From contig CM060733.1 of the NCBI GenBank assembly GCA_030704615.1, positions 52,948,001 through 53,012,000 on the forward strand: a stretch of 64,000 nucleotides of DNA. Direction: 5' to 3'. This DNA is from Takakia lepidozioides (Eukaryota; Plantae; Bryophyta). Below, one piece after another: positions 63,329-64,000 of the stretch (positions are counted from its first letter, which is position 1; every line of letters begins with the position of its first letter). The notes under the pieces are model-generated. The model did no database searches. It worked only from the letters and a program-made list of their open reading frames with translations, and had not been told where the DNA came from. A program made the translations under genes and the position numbers.

Positions 63329-64000
63329 CTCCGGAGAACCCTCATGGACATTTAGGGGGTTCATCTTGCGCCATGGGTTTCCCTCTTTACAAAACTCACA
63401 AACATGAAGGACCTAACTTGGTGGTAATTATTGAACGTAAAGGATTTTGGGGGCAGATTCTGCCGTTTTTTAGGCAAATTAGGATGCAGAAGATCGACGC
63501 TCCACGGCGCTGGCGCTTTCTGCGTTCCTAATCGGCTGTTTGACTCTCCTAATCGGCAGTTTGACTTTAATTGGCTCATTATGGCCTGCAGCCAATCAGG
63601 GCCTCGCAGAATCTGCCCCCAAAATTCCTTTACGCCAAGGGCAAAAAGGAATGAATGTGGCTACTACCGGGCCTCGCCCTAGTGACTGACTAGGGGCCAT
63701 AATGCGCCCTAGGGGGCGCGTTCTCTAGTACAAAAAGGAATGAATGTGGCTAGTAGGCGCCCGCCTGTTAAGGACTGTGCTTTTTCTGTTGTTATTTTCC
63801 CTTTACGCCAATAAAACTCTCCATAAATCCATATATAACTTATCTGATATATAGGAGTGATCCTCATTAGCAGATCATTTATCCTATATATCAGTTAAAT
63901 TATTATTTAATTAATAAACATTTAGTTTCTATGATATGTCTTTTGGATCTGCGGATTTTATTATGTAGAGAGAGACTTTGCATCAAGTTGAAGTCAACGG

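Noticed and set aside
63350-63800. Small TIR element or gene near the window end
   Set aside because: Short duplicated motifs (aaaaggaatgaatgtggcta) are present, but no TIR, TSD or credible ORF could be defined.
1-64000. Functional cluster of cilia/centrosome genes (DNAAF4 and MSD1)
   Set aside because: Only two genes about 48 kb apart, separated by TEs; no evidence without synteny or co-expression data.

Overview
Nuclear DNA of a seed-free land plant. DNAAF4, PLS-class PPR motifs and an atp1 NUMT with a moss-type intron position and many unedited C-to-U sites point to a bryophyte, most likely a heavily editing moss (inference). Two intron-rich host genes bracket a transposon-dense island of about 43 kb: DNAAF4/DYX1C1 (+, 90-4233) and an MSD1/SSX2IP (ADIP family) gene (-, about 61708 to at least 52305). 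The island holds two hAT non-autonomous elements, an atp1 plus group II intron NUMT, SWIM/MULE transposase relics, a decayed Ty3/gypsy pol with a dUTPase-like domain, a CRE-like LINE fragment, a PLS-PPR pseudogene, and a four-level nest (TIR element > L1/Tx1-like LINE > TIR element > foldback element and gag fragment). The most striking unexplained structure is a family of 8-bp-TSD TIR elements whose arms are long, regularly spaced arrays of GC-rich palindromes (GCGACCGCC-N4-6-GGCGGTCGC) in AT-rich spacers. They carry foreign cargo, and one such arm abuts a MULE/SWIM-type transposase relic. All family assignments come from manual motif recognition; no searches were run.
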